From Trichosphaerium sp. ATCC 40318 (lineage: Eukaryota; Protista; Tubulinea), in the NCBI GenBank assembly GCA_038496445.1, contig JALMLS010000377.1, positions 1 through 64,000 on the forward strand: 64,000 bases of DNA, read 5' to 3'. Both the position numbers and the translations under genes were made by a program. The notes below the pieces were generated by a model. It did no database searches. It saw nothing but the letters and a program-made list of their open reading frames with translations, and was not told the origin of the DNA. Every line of letters starts with the position of its first letter. Positions within the stretch are counted from its first letter, which is position 1. This document shows positions 62,937-64,000 of the stretch, piece after piece.

Positions 62937-64000
62937 ATGGCGGATGACTTAGGAGAGTTCACGCTAATTCAGAAGAACGCAATGCTAGAAGAAGACGATT
63001 TCCACTCTGTTAGCCCTATCAGTACGCAACGCGGCTGTGGTAGTTAATTAACAGCGACTAGAAAAGAAATCTACTACAGCAAGCGAATATTCGTTAAAAG
63101 ATGTAGGAAGCTACAAAGCAACCAATGAAATATCATTTGAGTGCGTAACAGAAGCGCGTGGATAAGTTTTAACTAAAAGTATAGCGACAATTCCTACACA
63201 ACGGATGAGTACTCTGATACGCTAAAACTAGTACCAGAAACAACAAAACGCCACCAAAAACATAATTGGGAAAATATTGACATTCCAAATGACCAAGAAA
63301 CCTTTAGTGACTCGTACAAATATCTAATTCGTAAAGGCCTACCAGATTCAATAAGAAAAAAGGTAAACTGAAATGCTCGAAACAACTTGAACTGTAATTT
63401 GACACAGCTCAAAGGCATGGCCTATTTTATTAGATGTAGTAGAGAACGCGTCAGCACAGGATCCATACACAGTACGTAAATTAAGTAAAACACGCGTTAA
63501 CGGTTGTAAAAAGGATCGCATTCAAAATGTTTTTGATGATAAAATTCCTAGCTGGTACGGTTATACAATAGATAACTAAACCCTTAACTTCTTTAATAGC
63601 ATTCATAAGTACCCTCTTTTTGGTGGTAATGATAAATTTGATGATTACTGTCTACAAGCGGAAGCAAAAGAGAGATTCAAGCGAATTTTATGTGTCCTTG
63701 GAACAGACAATCCTTCTCTAAACTATTGTCCTACTTTATCAAACCTAGGTTTGTCTACCAACCTCTGATCATTCGCATTATAACGCTTACGTAGTTTGTA
63801 TCCTACTGCACTTCTTTTCAGAGGCAGAAACTCATAGTATTCTTCACATGTTGCTCAAAAACACATTCAACAACAAAACACCTCATAATTACTTCCCGTT
63901 ACAAAAGAAGCAATACAGCTTACAGATTCTGACATTCCAGAATCTTGTAAAGAGGTATATACCAAAACTATGGGATAGGATTGAAAAGCTCAATGTTGAC
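62937..64000 (+). CDS. TBC (Rab-GAP) domain protein, truncated by window end
   Basis: YLIRKGLPDSIRKK…; YCPTLSNL…LLFFSEAE. Confidence 0.7.

Overview
AT-rich, intron-rich microbial eukaryote (protist-like) DNA with two compartments. (1) About 1-13,000 is a CpG-poor mobile-element block. It holds two distant paralogues of an unknown spliced gene arranged head-to-head: gene A (minus, ATG 4768, running off the left edge) and gene B (plus, 5424-9449). By manual splicing they share ten intron positions and phases and a degenerate ParB/Srx-like motif. Gene B converges on an apparently intact Sola-like DDD transposase (gene C, 9516-12474) that has a chromodomain inserted inside it, followed by TTAGGG-like repeats. 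Each paralogue carries its own CpG-rich palindrome array in its introns: GACCGCGAGCTCGCGGTC for A, and GGATCGGWCCGATCC for B and C. The two first-intron arrays have unrelated sequence but similar ~50/~86-bp spacing. I infer a transposon-encoded protein-plus-cognate-site system (anti-silencing or ParB/parS-like); this is a hypothesis. (2) About 13,250-64,000 is compact host DNA with about 27 genes, including SMCR8, ICMT, an RsmJ-like methyltransferase, MTRR, MFSD2-like and CCX-type transporters, AIMP1/Arc1p, a BRCT protein, endosulfine, a chromo-HARE-HTH protein, RagC/D, an F-box SNF2 helicase, POLE3 and a TBC protein. At least three U12-type introns are present. All exon structures and family calls come from reading by eye; no database searches were run.
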